DNA of 32,000 nucleotides from Snodgrassella gandavensis (GTDB lineage Bacteria; Pseudomonadota; Gammaproteobacteria; Burkholderiales; Neisseriaceae), in assembly GCF_914768025.1 (NCBI RefSeq), contig NZ_CAJZCE010000001.1, positions 192,279 to 224,278 of the forward strand, read 5' to 3'. Shown here piece by piece: positions 28,142 to 32,000 of this stretch. The translations under genes and the position numbers were made by a program. Each line of letters begins with the position of its first letter. Position 1 is the stretch's first letter. The notes under the pieces were generated by a model. It did no database searches. It had not been told where the DNA came from and saw only the letters and a program-made list of their open reading frames with translations.

Positions 28142-29809
28142 ATGAGCCAATATGTGTACTCAATGCTGCGCGTAAGTAAAACCGTGCCGCCACAAAAACA
28201 GATTATCAAAGATATTTCCCTATCTTTTTTCCCGGGCGCCAAAATTGGTCTGTTGGGACTAAACGGTGCAGGCAAATCTACTGTACTGAAAATCATGGCT
28301 GGGGTAGATACCGAGTTTGAAGGTGAAGCCATTGCAATGAGTGGCATCAAAATCGGCTACTTACCTCAGGAACCGCAATTAGATGCTGATAAAACTGTAC
28401 GGGAAGAAGTGGAATCTGGACTGGGTGATGTAGCCGGGGCGCAGAAGAAACTGGAAGAAGTTTATGCCGCCTATGCCGAACCAGATGCTGATTTTGATGC
28501 ACTGGCCGAAGAGCAGGCACGTCTGGAGGCCATCATTTCCGCTGGTGCCGGAGATAATATAGAACATCAACTGGAAATTGCGGCTGATGCTTTACGGCTG
28601 CCTGAGTGGGATGCGCGCATCGGTAATTTGTCTGGTGGTGAAAAACGCCGAGTAGCCTTATGCAAACTGTTATTAAGCAAACCGGATATGCTACTGCTGG
28701 ACGAACCTACCAACCATCTGGATGCTGAATCAGTAGAATGGCTGGAGCAGTTTCTGGTTCGTTTCCCCGGTACAGTAGTTGCTGTAACACACGACCGCTA
28801 TTTTCTGGATAATGCCGCTGAATGGATTCTGGAATTAGACCGTGGCCATGGTATTCCGTGGAAAGGCAATTATAGTTCCTGGCTGGAACAGAAAGAAGCG
28901 CGGCTGGAACATGAAGCAAAAGCAGAAGCTGCACGAATTAAAGCTATGAAACAAGAGCTTGAGTGGGTGCGCCAGAATGCACGCGGACGTCAGGCCAAAT
29001 CAAAAGCCCGTCTGGCTCGCTTTGAGGAGATGAGTAATTATGAGTATCAGAAACGCAACGAAACACAGGAAATTTTCATACCGGTGGCTGAGCGTCTGGG
29101 CAATGAAGTGATCGAATTTGAGCATGTCAGCAAAAGTTTTGGTGACAAATTACTGATTGATGATTTGAGCTTCAAGATTCCGCCGGGTGCCATTGTTGGC
29201 ATTATTGGTCCCAATGGCGCAGGTAAATCCACATTATTTAAGCTGATTACCGGGCAGGAACAGCCGGATCAGGGGCAGGTAAAGATTGGACAGACTGTTA
29301 AACTGTCAGTAGTAGACCAGAGTCGTCACGGCCTGCATGAAGATAAAACTGTGTTTGATGAGATTGCAGAGGGGCGTGATATTTTACAGGTGGGGCAATT
29401 TGAAATTCCGGCACGTGCCTATCTGGGGAGATTCAATTTCAAAGGCAGTGATCAGAGCAAAATCGTCGGTAAACTTTCTGGTGGCGAACGTGGGCGGTTA
29501 CATCTGGCTAAAACCCTGATTTCTGGTGGCAATGTGTTATTACTGGATGAACCTTCCAATGATCTGGACGTGGAAACCCTGCGCGCACTGGAAGACGCAT
29601 TACTGGAATTTGCAGGCAGTGTACTGGTGGTATCACACGATCGCTGGTTTCTTGACCGTATTGCCACACACATTCTGGCGGCTGAGGGTGAATCCAGATG
29701 GGTATTTTTTGATGGTAATTATCAGGAATATGAAGCAGACAAAAAACGCCGTCTGGGAGAGGAGGGCGCCAAACCTAAACGCATTCGTTACAAACCAGTA
29801 ACCCGCTGA
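28142..29809 (+). CDS. ettA: Energy-dependent translational throttle protein EttA (ABC-F ATPase)
   Basis: 555 aa. The N-terminus MSQYVYSMLRVSKTVPPQKQIIKDISLSFFPGAKIGLLGLNGAGKST is followed by two ABC cassettes with an inter-domain linker, and there is no membrane domain. Confidence 0.92.
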   Translation: MSQYVYSMLRVSKTVPPQKQIIKDISLSFFPGAKIGLLGLNGAGKSTVLKIMAGVDTEFEGEAIAMSGIKIGYLPQEPQLDADKTVREEVESGLGDVAGAQKKLEEVYAAYAEPDADFDALAEEQARLEAIISAGAGDNIEHQLEIAADALRLPEWDARIGNLSGGEKRRVALCKLLLSKPDMLLLDEPTNHLDAESVEWLEQFLVRFPGTVVAVTHDRYFLDNAAEWILELDRGHGIPWKGNYSSWLEQKEARLEHEAKAEAARIKAMKQELEWVRQNARGRQAKSKARLARFEEMSNYEYQKRNETQEIFIPVAERLGNEVIEFEHVSKSFGDKLLIDDLSFKIPPGAIVGIIGPNGAGKSTLFKLITGQEQPDQGQVKIGQTVKLSVVDQSRHGLHEDKTVFDEIAEGRDILQVGQFEIPARAYLGRFNFKGSDQSKIVGKLSGGERGRLHLAKTLISGGNVLLLDEPSNDLDVETLRALEDALLEFAGSVLVVSHDRWFLDRIATHILAAEGESRWVFFDGNYQEYEADKKRRLGEEGAKPKRIRYKPVTR

Positions 29810-29816
29810 TACTAAA

Positions 29817-29859
29817 AAGCCGGACAGGCTGATTTCAGGTAATCAGATTTGCCCGGCTT
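29817..29859 (+). terminator. Probable terminator after ettA (compound hairpin, weak T tail)
   Basis: Outer stem AAGCCGG (29817-29823) / CCGGCTT (29853-29859) encloses inner stem CTGATT / AATCAG. It is followed by ATCTCTCTT. Confidence 0.5.
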
Positions 29860-29946
29860 ATCTCTCTTAATTTCTATAGTTAACATCCATAATAATTAAT
29901 GCGCTAAACATTGAAATGCTTCAATGGCCATCAAGCCACAGAAGTA

Positions 29947-29974
29947 CTTGAAAAACGCTGGTTCAGCACCATTT
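29947..29974 (+). promoter_or_regulatory. Sigma-32 (RpoH) type heat-shock promoter upstream of lon
   Basis: CTTGAAA (29947-29953), a 13-nt spacer, then CACCATTT (29967-29974), against the consensus CTTGAAA-N13/14-CCCCATnT. It lies 48 bp upstream of the lon ATG. Confidence 0.55.
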
Positions 29975-30021
29975 TCACATTCAATTTTATTGCATATTTT
30001 CAGGAAAGATTGAGGCATTAC

Positions 30022-32000
30022 ATGGCTGAAGTTTATGATTCTCCTCCAGTGCAGCCAACTACAATGGCAATGTTACCTCTACGTGACGTTGTTGTTTACC
30101 CGCATATGGTATTGCCCCTGTTTGTAGGTCGGGAAAAATCCATAGCGGCTCTTGATGCAGCAATGGAGCATGATGAGCCGGTATTCTTACTGGCTCAGAA
30201 AAATGCTGATACTGATGAACCGCATGCAGAAGATATGTATGCTATGGGTACAGTAGCCAGTATCCTGCAAGTGCTTAAATTACCTGATGGTACCGTTAAA
30301 GTATTGGTAGAAGGTTTGTATCGGGCTCAAGTACAGCATATTGATGAAACTGGCCCATATGTCGAAGCACACATCGTTAAGTGCGAAGATACTGATGAGG
30401 ATACCCATAATGATGAGGCGTTGCGCCGCACATTGTTATCCCAGTTTGAACAACTGACAAAATTAAACAAAAAAATTCCGGCAGAAGTGGTAACTACTAT
30501 TCATGGAATTGAAGAGCTAAGCCGTCTGGCTGATACCATTGCCGCCCATTTACAGCTAAAGCTGGATCAGCGCCAGCAGATACTGGCCATGGTAAATGTC
30601 ACCGCACGTCTAGAACATTTGCTGCACCTGCTTGAATCCGAACTGGATATTCTTCAGGTGGAAAAACGTATTCGTGGCCGAGTAAAACGGCAGATGGAAA
30701 AATCGCAGCGTGAATACTATCTGAATGAGCAAGTAAAAGCGATTCAGAAAGAACTTGGCGAAGAAGACGACGATCTGGCTAATCTTGAAACGCAGATTCG
30801 TCAGGCAGGTATGAGCAAAGAAGCTGAAGAAAAATGTCTGTCTGAATTCAAAAAGCTACGCATGATGCCACCCATGTCTGCGGAATCTACCGTCGTACGT
30901 AACTATATTGATACTCTGCTTGAATTACCATGGAAAAAGAAATCCAAAGTCAGCAAAGATATTGCCAAAGCAGACCTGATTCTGAATGCTGATCATTATG
31001 GCTTGGAAAAGGTAAAAGAGCGCATTCTTGAATATCTGGCTGTACAGAAGCGCATGAACCAGCTCAAAGGTCCTATTCTGTGCTTGGTTGGGCCGCCTGG
31101 GGTAGGTAAAACCTCACTGGGTGAATCCATTGCTAAGGCTACCGGCCGTAAATATGTGCGCATGGCACTGGGTGGGGTACACGATGAAAGTGAAATTCGT
31201 GGCCATCGTCGTACGTATATTGGTTCCATGCCCGGTAAAATTCTGCAAAACATGGCCAAAGCTGGTGTAAAAAATCCACTGTTTTTGCTGGATGAAATTG
31301 ATAAATTAGGTAATGATTTTCGTGGTGATCCAGCCAGTGCTTTACTTGAAGTGCTCGATCCTGAACAAAATCATTCATTTTCCGACCACTATGCAGAAGT
31401 AGAATTCGATTTGTCGGATGTAATGTTCATTGCCACATCCAACAGCCTGAATATTCCTACCCCACTGCTTGACCGTATGGAGATTATTCGTCTTTCCGGC
31501 TATACCGAAGACGAAAAAATCAACATTGCCATGAAATATCTGGTGGCTAAACAAACCAAGCAAAACGGTGTGCGCGATGGTGAAATCCGCATCGAAGAAT
31601 CTGCTATACGCGATATTGTTCGCTATTACACCCGCGAAGCCGGTGTACGCTCACTGGATCGTGAGATTGCCAAGATTTGCCGCAAAGTGGTTATGAAGCA
31701 GGCAGTTGCAGAAGAGAAAGTAAGTGTAGGCAAAGGGAAGAAAACCAAATCCAAACCGGAAGAAATTCTTATCAATGCTGACAATTTACATGATTATCTG
31801 GGCGTGCGCCGCTTTGATTACGGCGTGGCAGAAAATGAAAATCGTGTTGGGCAGGTTACCGGTCTGGCCTGGACTGAAGTGGGAGGTGAACTCTTAACCA
31901 TTGAAGCCAGCAAATTCCGCGGTAAAGGAAATATTCTACGCACCGGCAAACTGGGCGATGTGATGCAGGAGTCAGTGAGTGCTGCATGGAGTGTTGTACG
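30022..32000 (+). CDS. lon: ATP-dependent Lon protease, 3'-truncated at window edge
   Basis: This gene is not in the supplied ORF track because it has no stop in the window. Hand translation from ATG 30022 gives MAEVYDSPPVQPTTMAMLPLRDVVVYPHMVLPLFVGREKSIAALDAAM... Walker A GPPGVGKTSLGESIAKATGRKYVRMALGGVHDESEIRGHRRTYIGSMPGKI lies at ~31090-31240. The frame stays open to base 32000. Confidence 0.95.
   Translation, partial: MAEVYDSPPVQPTTMAMLPLRDVVVYPHMVLPLFVGREKSIAALDAAMEHDEPVFLLAQKNADTDEPHAEDMYAMGTVASILQVLKLPDGTVKVLVEGLYRAQVQHIDETGPYVEAHIVKCEDTDEDTHNDEALRRTLLSQFEQLTKLNKKIPAEVVTTIHGIEELSRLADTIAAHLQLKLDQRQQILAMVNVTARLEHLLHLLESELDILQVEKRIRGRVKRQMEKSQREYYLNEQVKAIQKELGEEDDDLANLETQIRQAGMSKEAEEKCLSEFKKLRMMPPMSAESTVVRNYIDTLLELPWKKKSKVSKDIAKADLILNADHYGLEKVKERILEYLAVQKRMNQLKGPILCLVGPPGVGKTSLGESIAKATGRKYVRMALGGVHDESEIRGHRRTYIGSMPGKILQNMAKAGVKNPLFLLDEIDKLGNDFRGDPASALLEVLDPEQNHSFSDHYAEVEFDLSDVMFIATSNSLNIPTPLLDRMEIIRLSGYTEDEKINIAMKYLVAKQTKQNGVRDGEIRIEESAIRDIVRYYTREAGVRSLDREIAKICRKVVMKQAVAEEKVSVGKGKKTKSKPEEILINADNLHDYLGVRRFDYGVAENENRVGQVTGLAWTEVGGELLTIEASKFRGKGNILRTGKLGDVMQESVSAAWSVV

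Noticed and set aside
30996-31563. Three minus-strand ORFs (30996..31259, 31139..31378, 31375..31563) listed in the ORF track
   Set aside because: All lie antisense inside the lon coding frame, which has unmistakable Lon motifs (Walker A GPPGVGKT etc.). Their translations are low-complexity, His/Arg/Cys-rich nonsense with no RBS.

Overview
This 32-kb chromosomal window has about mid-40s % GC by eye (not computed). The core is ordinary housekeeping, with a few accessory-looking pieces. Gene content suggests a betaproteobacterium of the Neisseriaceae type: a ptsN-hprK-rapZ cluster, a YlqF/RbgA GTPase, and a DUS-like inverted repeat inside a terminator. The taxon is inference only.

I support 26 protein genes:
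- A four-component RbbA-type ABC efflux operon with its own outer-membrane lipoprotein (1..6163).
- A lipoprotein patatin-like phospholipase.
- An 864-bp very AT-rich stretch with no long ORF (7920..8783), followed by an aspartate:alanine antiporter and aspartate 4-decarboxylase pair (aspT-asdA).
- A class I amidotransferase, and ykvA-sixA on the minus strand.
- ubiA, ptsN-hprK-rapZ, rbgA-scpB-rluB.
- A two-gene unit made of an Aer-type PAS protein and a signal-less PhnD-fold protein, behind a perfect FNR box.
- dusC and a TrmH-family methyltransferase, a YdgA-like protein, dedA-mutL on the minus strand, ettA, and a 3'-truncated lon.

lon (30022..32000) is absent from the supplied ORF track because it has no stop in the window. 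The track shows only spurious antisense ORFs there.

I found no rRNA, tRNA, CRISPR array, transposase, integrase or recognisable phage or defence genes.

The best candidate for an undescribed system is the FNR-box / PAS / cytoplasmic binding-protein module at 20234..21690. The second is the AT-rich island upstream of aspT, which holds small hydrophobic ORFs and several repeats and palindromes.
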